Source: Octopus vulgaris (lineage: Eukaryota). From it: 64,000 nt of DNA. Under the pieces are notes generated by a model. It worked only from the letters and a program-made list of their open reading frames with translations. It was not told the DNA's origin and did no database searches. Below, in pieces: positions 13,499 through 50,324 of this stretch. Both the position numbers and the translations under genes were made by a program. The DNA is taken from assembly GCA_951406725.2 (NCBI GenBank), contig OX597835.1, forward strand, positions 2,728,001 to 2,792,000, given 5' to 3'. Position 1 is the first letter of the stretch, and every line of letters begins with the position of its first letter.

Positions 13499-13668
13499 TG
13501 TTAATTTATTGATGCATTTCGGCAAGTTTGTGTCTGTATTGCCAGACAATTGCAAAAAACAAAAAAAAAAACCCCAAAATCAAACAAAAAACAACTTAAA
13601 AAATTTTAAAGTTTCAAAACCCTGCAAAAGTCCGGTTCAAATTCTTCATGGTTCAAAACATTGCTTTA
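13499..13668 (-). mobile_element. Mariner 5' end fragment, inverted relative to the 14184 copy
   Basis: Reverse complement of about 14200-14332. Confidence 0.8.
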
Positions 13669-14150
13669 CATGAGTGAAAAATCTCATATTGGCTGCTGGT
13701 GCAAAATGCACACTTGGTTATATCGCTACTATTTCTAGCGGACGAGCGTCCATCATTGACGAGACAAAGAATGGTCGAAATCACGTGTTTTGGTGGTTTC
13801 GGCGCTGGAAGTCGCAGGGATTTATCTCCCTTTAAGCGATATAAGAAAAAATGTATTTTGCACCAAATGCCGAAATGAGATTTTCTCTCGTAGTATCTAC
13901 CGCAGTAAAGTTTCTCATAACACAACATCCACATTTAAATGAGGATAACTATTATCTCTCCGTATTAAATCTGCCTCTGGCGCTAATATATATTGTTCAA
14001 ACAGTGTTCAAGCTTATAATGCCTAGAAAAAAATCCAGATCTTTTATTAGTGGTCACTCTTTAGCCCATCGCTTGAATATTCCCACCGTACACCTGTTGA
14101 TAGAGTGGCGCTTCTAGTAGTTTAAATTCATATAGAATTTCAGATTAGGA

Positions 14151-14183
<33 letters not shown>

Positions 14184-14184
<1 letters not shown>

Positions 14185-14725
14185 CAGGTTGAGTAAAAAG
14201 TAAGCAATGCTTTGAACCATGAAAAATTTGTACTGGATTTTTGCAGGGTTTTGAAATTTAAAAAAAAACATTTTGTTTGCAGTTGTCTGATAATACAGTC
14301 ATAGACTTGCCCAAATGCATCAATAAATTAACATTAATATTTTTTCCTCGTTGTTATAATCATCCGAAATGGAACTGTCAAAGCACGATATTCGAGCAAT
14401 TTTGCTATTCAACTTCAAAAAAGGGCGTAAAGCAGCTGAAACCACGCGCGATTTCAACGAAACGTTTGGTGAGGAAATGACCAGCGACTGGACAACTCGA
14501 AAATGGTTTAAACGATTTCGCAGTGGAGATCTGAGCCTTGAAGTTTGTGAGCTTAAGTGGACGCCCATCTGTCATCGATGAGGGTCAAGTAAAGACTATC
14601 ATTGAGAAAGATCGACGTAAACAATTCGAGAACTGGCAAAATGAACTTCAAGTTAGCCAGAAAACTGCCTGCAACCATTTGCATGTGATTGGAAAATCAA
14701 AAACAGTTCGAAAAATGGATTCAGA
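14184..14725 (+). mobile_element. Mariner (Mos1/Hsmar-like) 5' half with HTH region, frameshifted
   Basis: TA + TCAGGTTGAG terminus; MELSKHDIRAILLFNFKKGRKAAETTRDFNETFGEE...RKWFKRFRSGDLSLE / SGRPSVID. Confidence 0.9.
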
Positions 14726-15559
14726 GGTTTCAGGAATTCAGTACACTGACTTATTTTCTACATGCAAAATTCATTGAGTTACGTTGGTGCACTAACAAGA
14801 GGCGTAACTGGGAGGCGGGCGTATTTTTTTCTTTTGTTGTTGTTATTTTTGTTTCAGGTGCAGCCAGGAGTCGAAGTAATCGCCGAGCAAACTGTGATGA
14901 AGTGTCTTGCTCAAGAACACAACACACCACCCGGTCTAGGAAATGAAATAGCGATCTCGTGATCGTCAGCGCAACACCTTAATCACTAGTCCATACATCT
15001 GCTGCCTCTCTATCGATAATTACAAATCGTTAAGGGGGCGAACTGGCAGAATCGTTACCCCCTCGGGCATTTCATCCGTCTTTACGTTCTAATTTCAGGT
15101 GCCACCAAGGTCGAATTTGCCTTTCATATTTTTGGGATCGAACTGATTAGAAATCGTTTTATGAAGAAAGGAATTTAGGTGTTCGTCGTTGGTTATAGAC
15201 TTTGCTTTTCATCTTTAGTTATACCCCTAGTCTCTCATTTTTGTTGAAATCTATTGGTGATTATACATCATGAAAATGGTGTATACTACAGAGGCACCAC
15301 TCTGGCGCCCACTTCAAATATGCATTTCACTGAACTAAAATTAATTGTTTAAATGGAATGTCCCAAATTCAATAAAAACAATCATCGAATAGCTCATTCG
15401 TCAATCATACAATGGGCGGAATTTAGTTAATGACAACCGTAAATATGCTTGTTTTAACGTTATCCATTACAGATTGAATTTATTGAACGTGGATAAGATC
15501 GTCTGTTCTTTTACTGAAAATATTTGGTGTTTCAGATGCAGGCATAGCTTGTGTAGAGG

Positions 15560-15692
15560 GTAGTATGGCTGGGTGGTAATATGTTTTCGGTCACACGGTA
15601 CGGCACCTTGGATGAATGTCTTCTACTATAGCCCCAGGCTGACTAATGCCTTGTAGATATAGTTAGCTAGCGGAAACTGAAGGAGGGCCCGT

Positions 15693-15738
<46 letters not shown>

Positions 15739-16010
15739 TATATGTATATGTGTGCTTGTGCGTGTGTCTGCCCTCTCTCCTGCCGCTCGGCAAATAGCAC
15801 CTATAGAATAAATACCGGAATTCAAATAAATAAGTACTGTGGTCAATTCGTTCGAGCCGGGGTTCCAGCAGGGGCACAGAAAGGATGAAAAGCAAAGTCG
15901 ACTTGGGCGGAATTTGAACGTAGCAGCAGACGAAATACCGCAAAGCATTTCGCCCCCGTCGTGCTAATGTTTCTGCCAGTTCGCGTGCTAATAATTCTGC
16001 CAGCTCACCA
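15560..16010. mobile_element. Decayed SINE B head (+, 15560-15692) and SINE A (-, about 15810-16010)
   Basis: Family-diagnostic motifs are present in degraded form. Confidence 0.7.
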
Positions 16011-16214
16011 TTTGCAGATAAAGCAATGATATAGGAGCAAAAGCAAATATTCATTGTGTAGAATGATTAAACTCTCACCAAATAAGCGAATGCACAGACT
16101 ATTTGTCTGTATTCATAGGTTTTCAGAGGTTTTCATGCTTTTATGTATTTATGCGTTTAAAAAGTTGTATATCGTTTTTTATGTTATCATTGTAGTTCGA
16201 AACCATAGAATGAT

Positions 16215-16445
16215 TTCTTTAGCATTCAAATTCTTCTCTCAAATGTGAAACTTTTTTTCTTATTAACATTGTCTTGACTTAATCATGCAGTATCTTTTAG
16301 CTTTCAAATTTCCATGATGTGATTGTTTGGTTTAAAATGACACCAGAGGGTGGGTAGGTGTGAGAGGCCAGAATTGGCCAGTTTGAGTATGAAACAATCG
16401 TATATTTTGGTCTGATATGTCCAGTTTAAGTACTGAAAGGTAAAG
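16215..16445. mobile_element. Old MITE-like element with degenerate terminal inverted repeats
   Basis: Ends ctttagcatt... and ...agtactgaaagg are imperfectly inverted; non-coding. Confidence 0.45.
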
Positions 16446-16609
16446 GGAATTTGAACGTCGACTGACCACATTTAAATTAAACATGGCAATAATCAGCTTG
16501 CAAGAGATATTCCCTAAATGAAAATCCTACATTCTTTAAAACAGAATAGAAGAACTTGATGCTTAATGATATCGTAGACGGAATATAAGAGTTCAGATTC
16601 TTTGAATTA

Positions 16610-17176
16610 TTGGGTTGTGCGGAAAGTTGGTGCCGATTTTTAAAGGAAAGAAAAAGGTCAATAAATACTTGCCATTACATTTTTAATCAACCAAATATAA
16701 ACCATTTTGTTGCACAATGCATCTCCATCTTTCCTTTAACTTGAAAATACCCTCTTCCCAGAATTGGAGGTGGTTCTATGGCAAAGAATTCATCAAGGTA
16801 TCGTTTTACGTTATCCAAGAAATTGAAATTTTTACCATTAAGACTATTCTGCAGAGACCTGAATAAGTGGAAATCCGAAGGAGAAATATCTAGTGAATAC
16901 GGAGGGTGGGGTAACACATCCCAGCCGAGTTGCAGCAATTTTTGTCTGGTTCCCAAAGCATCAAGTACCGAAAATGAACTTTCTTATCTTCCATTTTAAA
17001 GGGTTACAGAATTAACACAGGTTATAGAAACATAAACCTTCTTCCACGAAAAGATAGCTTAAACTGTGCTCTAAATGGAAATGTAGTCAAATCCTATTTT
17101 ATGGACTCAACCATGTTCTAAAATAAGTCGAAAGGTAAGCTACTATAAATCGGCACGAACTTTCCGGACAACCCAG
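16610..17176 (-). mobile_element. Mariner deletion derivative with both TIRs and TA duplication
   Basis: TIRs ttgggttgtgcggaaagttggtgccgattt and aaatcggcacgaactttccggacaacccag. The start MEDKKVHFRYLMLW is joined directly to the C-terminal LGWDVLPHPPYSLDISPSDFHLFRSLQN (YSPDLAP-type motif). Confidence 0.93.
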
Positions 17177-17549
17177 TATATATATATATATATGAATGTA
17201 TGTATGTACGAATGTATGGTCTTGTCGCTCTTGTTTGCTACTGGTAACACGTAGCCTAGTACAACCTGACCGTGCAACCGGTTGCATGGTTCGGTCGGCG
17301 GTAACTAAACGGGCAACGCCACCATGCTTCCTTGCATGCTTGGTGAGGATGACGATCTTTGGAGATGCTGCGGGATGAAGAACAAGACCCGTCAAAGGAG
17401 GGAGGAAGTCAGGAGAGTCAACAGCCATCCATTATAGTCAAGAGTAGTGATGCTCACCAGACGTAGTGAAAACAATCGATCAAGAAGGAAACTGCAGTGA
17501 ATTTGCCTTTAGAAGTTAAAATATGTTTGTGATATATTGTAACTAACCT

Positions 17550-18303
17550 ATAATTCCTTTATTCCTGTTCACTACTTGGCGCCAATGCTGATATATATAT
17601 ATATATATATATATCTTCCGGACAACCCAATACATGTATTATAGTTATTCAGTCTCCAAGTCTTGAGAATAAAACAACAGCAACATCTTCTGAAAGTGTG
17701 AAACTGCAAAGTAAAGTGTAAACAAACGACTCGCCAAAATACCGACACAACGACCAAAAACAAAACTCAGAAGATTTTTTTTTTTATGGATTGATGTAAT
17801 TCTTTATTTATGACTCTAATAGAATTTGAAGGATTAATAACAACCATAAATTTGCTTTATTCTAAATTAGGATAATTAAACAATTAACAGTCTTCCTCTT
17901 CCTCTTCCTCTACTTGCTTTCTCTTCTTCAACAAATGATATTTTACTTCCATCCGAAATCAAAAATAACACAAAATGCTGCCGGCATATAAGTGATGTTT
18001 GTTTATGTTTGTTGATGTTGTTGTTGGTGACGAGTGTTTTAATTGGTAATTCGTGTTCGTATTAATAAATGTAGTAGAATTAGTAGTTGTAGTATTAGTA
18101 GAAGTAAAAGGAGTATTACTAGTTTTTACTATTGTTGTTATTGTATTTTAATATGCATGTCTTTTGTTTTTTGTGTGTTTTGTTTGTTTGAGTGTTACTG
18201 AAGAAGACTTGTCTTTTCAAGTAAACTAAACTGTTCTGATATTGTACCATCGTTTGCCGCTGCAGACTTCTTATCACGTGACAACAAGTTGACGAATGAA
18301 AAT
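17550..18303 (-). other. Putative 3' UTR of the ALP gene with candidate polyA signals
   Basis: Largely unique sequence downstream of the stop. Minus-strand AATAAA (plus-strand tttatt) occurs near 17856, 17803 and 17558. Confidence 0.5.
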
Positions 18304-41988
<23,685 letters not shown>

Positions 41989-42065
41989 CACGCACCTGTG
42001 AATAGAAAGAAACGACAATAGTAAGTATTGAAGATAGGCAATACAGGTAAGCATGCAGTTACGTT

Positions 42066-42296
42066 AGAAGGGATACTGAAAGGTTCCTGGTTTTAAGGGA
42101 ATGCTGGATTTAAAGGTTTTAAAGGCCTGGCTGGAGGCCCAACATTCCGAGTCCTTCAACAGGGTTCAAGAAAACCGAAGGACGTCTGCAATAATTGTGT
42201 GAATCTGGGAGTGGAAAATGTTGAATAAAATCATAATTAAACTGATCCTTCTGTATTTTTATTAACCCGAAGCCAGGAACTTTCCAGCAAGCCTCG
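42066..42296 (+). mobile_element. Mariner-derived MITE
   Basis: Inverted termini ctgaaaggttcctggtttt and aagccaggaactttccag...cctcg-TA; the internal remnant resembles the transposase end RWxKCVxLxGEYVE. Confidence 0.7.
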
Positions 42297-42310
42297 TATG
42301 TGTGTATATG

Positions 42311-42405
<95 letters not shown>

Positions 42406-42414
42406 TGTGACCTC

Positions 42415-42562
42415 GTGTGTATCACTAGCGATTTTTCCCCCTGTCTTCCATTCTTGGGATCTTTCCTTCTCCTATGTTTCCGACGAAGAGCTCCACTCGA
42501 AACGTTAAACCCTCCTTCTTCCCGTTCAATTTCCTCCTCGATTTTTTGCGTTTGGATTAACA
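42415..42562 (+). mobile_element. Second copy of the Penelope-like short repeat with a minimal hammerhead (42476-42510)
   Basis: Nearly identical to 33405-33500, with one stem II mismatch. Confidence 0.75.
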
Positions 42563-42607
42563 TATATATATATATTATACATATATATATACCACATCCT
42601 TGCGTTG

Positions 42608-42647
<40 letters not shown>

Positions 42648-42729
42648 ACACAGGATTGTGGATTCAAGGCTATATATATAACGGTATATATTCTTGTTAT
42701 TGATATACAACCATATATCGCTCCATATA

Positions 42730-42791
<62 letters not shown>

Positions 42792-42863
42792 CATACATAT
42801 ATACATACATATATATTTATATATATACAAACACACATATATATAGACATTCATATATACATA

Positions 42864-42900
<37 letters not shown>

Positions 42901-43398
42901 ACACATATATATATATATATATGAGTAAATGTATGCATGCCTGTGGAAGCAACTCTGACTTTTCTAGATTACGAAAGCTTATTATTACTATGATCATGCA
43001 CACCAAACGTTTTGTAAATTCGTGATCTCATTAGAGAATCGTCAAATTTAGAATTAGTTGAACATAAATGTTACCCTCTTTCACTGATTATACAAGATAA
43101 AAACAGGTCAATACATCAGTGACATCGGCAGCTGTAATTAATCTTTACAACCGAGAGCATAAATATTGTTTTGTGCCCGAAAATGCAGCGTTTCGATATT
43201 TGGCGACCGATCTCTCGATACCTTCTGCAACTTCTTTTGCAATGCAAATGATAAGACACTTCCTTTCTTTTCTTCAGCCTAGCGTTATCTGCATGCAACT
43301 TGGATACCACACGCCAAGCACGTGAACCATTCCGTGAACAGAGAAATTTTGATAACATTCTCTCAATCCATGTCACGCGAACTTTTCTATCATTTCAG

Positions 43399-43444
<46 letters not shown>

Positions 43445-43447
43445 GTC

Positions 43448-43480
<33 letters not shown>

Positions 43481-43562
43481 GTCAGCATCATCGTCGTCAT
43501 CATCACCATCACCTTCATCGTCATCGTCATCATCATCGTCATCATCATCGTCATCATCATCG

Positions 43563-43631
<69 letters not shown>

Positions 43632-43666
43632 CCACCACCACCACCACCACCACCACCACCACCACC
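43399..43666. repeat. (CAT)n/(CAC)n trinucleotide array
   Basis: Explains the poly-His/Ile/Asp/Met ORFs. Confidence 0.97.
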
Positions 43667-43825
43667 TTCGTCTTCACCATCCATTATGTTTTTCATTTAT
43701 GATACAACTGTAAACCCATGTATCTGGTGGTTTCTGTGCTGGAGATGGCGGATGTTTATCTTCCCTCTAATATAAACAAGCTCGCATTTTGCATCTGTCG
43801 CTAATGTATCCTTTTTAACAAACAA

Positions 43826-43900
43826 GCTCACTGGCTAACCACGACACCGGCGCCCGTTCTGGCACTGTTTTTCTATATATATCGCAGGCGGCGGGGGCTG
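43826..43900 (-). promoter_or_regulatory. Candidate core promoter and short non-coding first exon of the ALP gene
   Basis: Minus strand: GC-rich patch, TATATATAGAAAAA at 43881-43868, then about 45 nt later a donor-like CCA|GTGAGC at 43831. The ATG exon has its own acceptor, so an upstream UTR exon is expected. Confidence 0.4.
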
Positions 43901-44058
43901 AGCTGCTGCTATTTCTAGCGGTTAAGATAGAGAATATAATGGTGTGAATGTGAGTTCTAATAAAAACAAAAAACATCTCAACATTTATTATGTATTTGTT
44001 ACCGTTTATCCAGTAATTATTCAAGATATTACGAAAAAGAACAGTACAAGATTCCACA

Positions 44059-44210
44059 CGTCTTTACGTTCTGAGTTCAAATTCCGCCGAGGTCGTCTTT
44101 GCCTTTCATCCTTTCGGGATCGATAAATGACGTACCATTTGCGTACTGGGTCGATCTAATCGACTCGCTCCCTGCCCCCAAATTTCAGACGTTGTGCTAA
44201 GAGTAGAAGA
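44059..44210 (+). mobile_element. SINE family A, 5' truncated
   Basis: ttacgttctgagttcaaattccgccgaggtcg... Confidence 0.85.
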
Positions 44211-44340
44211 GAATATATATTCTACACAATGATGAATATCAATTGCAGATAAGGACTTGTAGTTGGTGTCTTTAAACACGCGTCCCTGCGTGCGCAACAC
44301 ACACACATACACACAGACCTATATGATGATAATAATAATG

Positions 44341-44391
<51 letters not shown>

Positions 44392-44545
44392 GGAATTGAT
44401 AAATAAAGGGTGAAAAATAGCAACAAATTGCTAACTTAACTCTAAAAGCCACAAAGATGAGATTAGTATTTTTTTAGAAAAGAATCCTTTTGTATTGATT
44501 ACACACACACACACATATATATATATATAGACAGACAGACAGATG

Positions 44546-44610
<65 letters not shown>

Positions 44611-44639
44611 ACATCTCTCCACTCGTCTCCAAATTCTTG

Positions 44640-46530
44640 CAAGGTAGCATGGCTAGGTGGAACACACGTCTGCTTCTAAGCCATAGTAATGTGATGAGGC
44701 AATCCAGCAACATCAACTCCAAAAAGAGGTATCTTTCAAGGTGATTCCCTCTCCCCATTACTCTTTTGGATCCCACTTTCAAATAGAAATCAGTAACACC
44801 AGGTATGGCTACAAAGTGTATAATACTATAATAAACCATCTGGTTCATATGGACGATCTAAAGTTGTTTACCAGAAATGACCAAGAGCTAGTAGGGCTGC
44901 TAACAACTGATTGAATTCAGCAACGATATCGGGATCGATGTTGGCCTAGAATAAGTGTGCTCAAGCAACTTTTGTTAGAAGCAAATTCAGACAAACGGCT
45001 TCCATTAATTTAGATACCGACGCTACCATCAAAGAAATTAATACACAGGCAAGTTATAAATACCTGAGGATAAACGAAGCATATGGTATGCAACATGGCA
45101 CTATGATGGAAAAGGAGGAGTATTACTAAAATCTGAACTCAAATAAAAAACAATCGCATCGAAGCCATTAACAACCTGGCACTTCCAGTAGTCCAATACA
45201 GTTAACATCATTAACTGGAATCTTATAAAGCTCCAACACCTGGACAGAAGACAAGAAAGCTATTAACATCTAAGAATATGCACCACCCAAAAGCAAATGT
45301 TGATCGTCTGTATCTCGCTAGAAGTAATCTAAGAAGAAGAATGATGCAGATAGGACTGTGCTATAAGACCTCCACAATTAGTACAATGGATATGTACTAA
45401 TTTAGTACAGGGGAGTGAATGCTACGGCTTGGGTGCAAACACGAAACAGCAAAGTCACATTCTATTGTTTAAGAAGCTTGCAAATTCTCAAGGGAACTTG
45501 GCATTAACCCTGATTCAGATGAAGAATCTGGAACCACTGCCACCAAACAAGCAAAACGGATCAAGCAGACTGCAAAAAAGAACGGGCAGAAACAAATTGA
45601 GGAGCGGTGGAGCCAGAAGCCCCTGCATAGACAGTATATTCTTCGAAGTTAAAATATGGATGTAGCAATAACCCATCAACTGCCGAGGATTTCAGGACTG
45701 GAAGCAGAGAGTCCTGGTTTCATATTGTCGACAAAATATCAAAGTTCGCTTGCCAGAAACTACCAGGCTAGCGTTCTTCAAAACGGTTCTGACCCTTAAT
45801 GCAGTTTCTACGTCATATTTGACGAAACAATAGACCATATCGTCTCGGGATATCTTGTGCTGACACCAAATGAATATAAAAATCACCACAATAGGGTAGG
45901 ACAGTATTTACATTAGAAAATATGGAAACGCTACAAAATTGTCATTCCTGCTTACGGGTGTGAACATCATCCTGAGCCAATCGTTGAAGGTAAAAACTTC
46001 ACTATCCTCTAGGATTTTTCAATCAAAACCGACAGAACTATCGCAGGTGATCGATCAGACATAATTATTAAACACAAGGAAGAAAATATTTGTAGACTAA
46101 TACATGTAAGTATTCCCACTGAGAAAAATATGTCTGTAAAGAACTCTGACAAATTAAGTAAATATAAGGAACCGGAAATTGAAATGCAAAACATGTGGCA
46201 TCTTAAAGCAAGATATGTTCTTGTTATTGTAGGTGCCTTAGGTATGATAAAAAATGGGATGTCAGAAACATCTAGATAAGATCCCAAGAGAACCATATCT
46301 CAGAGAAATCCAAAAGATTGTGCTGACAAGTACTGCCCATATCTTTAGAAAAATCCTATCAATTTATATCTGTGACGTATTACATGAAGATATTTCGCTA
46401 CAAAAGCTGCCAATTCCCCTCCCCAAGCTTTCAGCCATACTGTAACATCTCTTATTCTTCACTCACCCCAGGATACTGGGTGTGTCTCGGCAAGTGACTG
46501 TAACAAACATGCATTTAAAAAATAATAATA
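44640..46530 (+). mobile_element. R4/Dong-like non-LTR retrotransposon, 5'-truncated pseudogene (RT C-half, zinc motif, RLE)
   Basis: GIFQGDSLSPL, INHLVHMDDLKLF (YMDD), HPKANVDRLYL, WSQKPLH, ETIDHIVSG, TDRTIAGDRSDIII, MWHLKA..VLVIVGALGMI, EIQKIVLTSTAHIFRKILS. Many stops and frameshifts; ends in a TAA tail. Confidence 0.92.
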
Positions 46531-46532
46531 AT

Positions 46533-46700
46533 CAATGCCCTGATGCAGTACCAGGAAGTGGCTCTCATTGTTTGTGATCTTAACTGATTGGAAGTGTTAT
46601 GTACATGTTTTGTCTCGTTATAAAAGATCGACTACAGTAAATATTCTGCTCAATACCACAGATTTGCTTGTCGGTTGTTTTGACCATAACCAGTTGAGAA
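46533..46700 (+). mobile_element. Family D element 5' part directly after the Dong-like tail
   Basis: aatgccctgatgcagtaccagg...gatttgcttgtcggttgttttgaccataaccagttgag. Confidence 0.8.
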
Positions 46701-47199
46701 TGGTAACATTGAGAATGATAACAGTGAGAATGGTAACACTCACTGGTAACAGTGGTGCCGTATCGACTGTGTTTTGAAAACGCAGCATTTAAAATTTATA
46801 AGATAATGCTACATTGATGCGAATCTACGGGAGCCAGTCAGTTGTAATAAACTTATTACCACGAAGAGGAAATCCCTCGCAGACACTACTAAAATGTCCA
46901 TATAAATGGAACTCCCAGAAAAAAGTTTGGCAGAAATCTGGATGCAAATGAACCGGCTTCAGATTTTGAAGAATAGGCGGAATAAAAATACTCACATACA
47001 AATGAATAAGTATGAAAACCATTCAGGTAGAGCGAGTGATACTTGCCCAAATAGAAAGCTGCCTAGAACTAATCTTGAACCTGAAAACATATGTGGTGAA
47101 TGGTAGGATTTTCGACAAAGTGAAAGTAGGGTTATCGATCAAATCAGAAGCACATACATGCATGCTTCTGTTCTGAAATACTACGGATCGAATATTGTG

Positions 47200-49200
47200 C
47201 AAATATCTAATATACGAAATGTCTCTAGCAAAACATTGCTGATGAGTGTTGCAAACCTGCCAAATGTATAATCGTATAATCGCATAGGGAGCTTATATTT
47301 GACAGTAAATCCCTGTCCACCTGTTAAAGAAAGTAAACGAGATTTTGCGCTCGTACCTGGGACCTTAGAGACGTATGCAGCAGACCTATAAAATGTTTGC
47401 GATCAATATACTGCATATAGATGTTTCTCCAATATTCCTTTGAGAGACATTATAGTAACTGGGGAGTAAACTAGGGGAAAGAGTGAATTTGTGGCCCAAA
47501 TTTGTTACTGCATCAACGAAGTTGTCCACAAGGAAGTGAGAAAAGAATATAGCTCAACCATTAAAAAGCGGTCTGCTTTTTCTCGCACTGTGTCTGGCCA
47601 AGGTTTCTATGGGCATAGTCTATGCCAACAAAAGTTTGAATAACATAAATTCAACAGTGCTGCCACTAAGAATTGAAGCGACTCCACTAATCATTAACAG
47701 AATCCGCTTTTCAACAGGACTATTCCCAGGTGACAGTTAATCAGTACAACCGTACGTTCTTACAGAGAATAATTAATCAGCACTGATGGAGAAACATCAA
47801 ACCTATATATTCGTATCAACTGAGGAGCAGCAATAATGAATATTACAACCATTAATTATTTCAATGACCGGAAGCTGTATTTAGTGTTTTTCCATACCGA
47901 GAGATAGATGGACTTGGCTACTATATACTCACGGGACACAGGAATGGAGTTTATATCAACATTTGTTCGTATTTGGTAGTTAATGGAGGTAGTTAAATTC
48001 GGCGACCTGGCAGAAACGTTAGCGCACCGGGCAAAATGTGTAGCCGTATTTCGTCTGCCGTTACGTTCTGAGTTCAAATTCCGCCGAGGTCGACTTTGCT
48101 TTTCATCCTTTCGGGGTCGATAAATTAAGTACCAGTTACGCACTGGGGTCGATGTAATCGACTTTATCCGTTTGTCTGTCCTTGTTTGTTCCCTCTGTGT
48201 TTAACCCCTTGTGGGCAGTAAAGAAATAAGTTAATGGAGGTAGATTATTGACCAGACAAAGAATATGAATATCAATTAACCTGTCTAACTCCCTTGTTTT
48301 TAACGTAGGTCTCGGTATTTATGAGAATTTGGCATACAATGGCGAGTGAGTAAAACTAGGTGCGACAAAGGAATACTTCAACAAATTTCAGAACGTATCG
48401 ATCTTAGAACTGTCCGTGTTCAATAAGATCACAAGTTCTACCACTGTTACAGTATCGATGGTGGAGCAAATATTTGAGATACCTACCTAAGCATTTAAAG
48501 AAATACACACCAATAATGACTCTATATTAGTGTGACTAACCTCATCTGCGTTAATCGTAGGGTCGTAGGTAGTGGCATAAGTTCATGTCTAACGACGTTT
48601 GAGTGTTGCGTCGTATCGCTCACACAACACTGAGATCTGATGGTTATACAACCGCGAAAACATTAAATTATTGCGAGTAGAAGAATTCCTGAATACGTAA
48701 AATGCGCGCACAACTATTCCATGCGTCTCAAAAGAAGCTACACGAATCTACTTGATTAATAGAGTAGATGACAAACAGCCATCAATTCATCAGCCTGGAT
48801 ACATATTCCACAACGTAAGAGATATCAATAACTTTTAGCTGAAAGAATAGGTTTTCTTGGATCTGTGATAAATATCTCACATCACAAGTACAATGCTGCA
48901 TCTTTGCTATTCAGGGACGACAAGAGTTGATGAACAAAAGGGGAAAGTATGCCCCCGGACCAGTTTGCAATAGAAAATATTGATTGCGTCAAACCAATGA
49001 GGAAGGGACCTTTTACAATGTCAATTATTGTCAAGATATTTCCGTAGGGCACAATATTTCCATGAGATACACTATTGTTACTAGAACAATTCATAATACA
49101 ACCAGTCGGATTCATTGTCCTGACGACGGCCATAACAAAGACGTACCAGAATCAAGATGTAAACAGTGCTTGGAAACTCATGAAAGATAAAGAAAATCGG
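47200..49200 (+). mobile_element. Very decayed Penelope-like element interrupted by a SINE
   Basis: Frameshifted remnants SNIPL (47430) and GSA...VLAKVSMG (47570-47615, ~GSPLSPVLANIFMG), GIY-YIG-like traces near 48570-48660, and CTGACGA near 49120. Confidence 0.4.
47993..48228 (+). mobile_element. SINE family A, young copy with TSD
   Basis: 15-bp TSD AGTTAATGGAGGTAG at 47978-47992 and 48229-48243. Confidence 0.93.
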
Positions 49201-50324
49201 AGCGCAAAACAACAAATCAGATATTTTTACAGGGACAAATATCTAAAGTCAGTCTCTGCCATTGAACCCGGTCGTCCACATTTTGAGAATGCCTCGTCAA
49301 AAGTCTTTGGAAAGAAAGAACGTCTAAGAGAAATTACTGAGAAAATTATATTCTGGCTATAAACACGCACACACACACACGCACACACAGAGACACACAC
49401 ACACACACATAGATAGATAGATAAATAGATAGATAGATATTTGTTCATGGAGCAGCATGTAATGCCGTTACGAAGAGTTTAAATGAATTTTAGTAAAATA
49501 TGCACACATCCATATGGGCAGAAGATGGGTTTTACAAATCAAAATGAAAAAAAAAAAAATCCCAGAAAAATAGTTTTGAGAATTGCAGTGACAGGCAACT
49601 AACGAAGGTGTAAAAATATGTACAACCTTCCGGAAGCGTAGCTAGATTGTAGTAGAAGGGATTTGAAGATCTACCCGTCTCTGTATTCTTTGCAATTGTT
49701 TTGGATTTATACTCCCGAAAATATTCATAATCAAGCGAAGCAAACCCGGATTTACTCGCAAGAAGAATTATCGTGGGATTACACTCCCTCAGCGATCGTC
49801 ACTGGTTCATATTACTTGATACGATTAGTTGGAATCTTGACTCTACCTGGGTATTTTTTATTTATTTTCAGGTGTGTGTATATACATATATGGATATATA
49901 AAGATATGATCAGGTAAGTATGAATAAGACACGCCATACGGAATCGAACTTACAAAGGTTTATATGCAAACATATATGCACGCGCATACACATATATATA
50001 TACCTACATTCATAGAAAAACAATGAACATCGTACCTAAGAACAAAACACAACAACAACAAGAGCAACAACAAGTATATAACCAGTTTACAGCGAGGTAC
50101 GTATATCGGAACTTGAAACTAAAAACACAGACGATCGAAGTAATAAATCTTAAAATCAGCATCGCATGGAATGCCTACTTATTCATAATGTTGAAAACAT
50201 TGCACTCTGAAGTTTACTTCGCACCGAAGCAAGGAAGCCGACCACGAAGCACATTCTGCACCAAAATGCAATTAATAAAGATGGAACAATCTTGAGTAGA
50301 ATATGTTTGATCTCTTACTTTTTT

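Noticed and set aside
43300-43713. Poly-His / poly-Asp-Gly ORFs near the putative promoter
   Set aside because: Pure (CAT)n/(CAC)n repeat translation.
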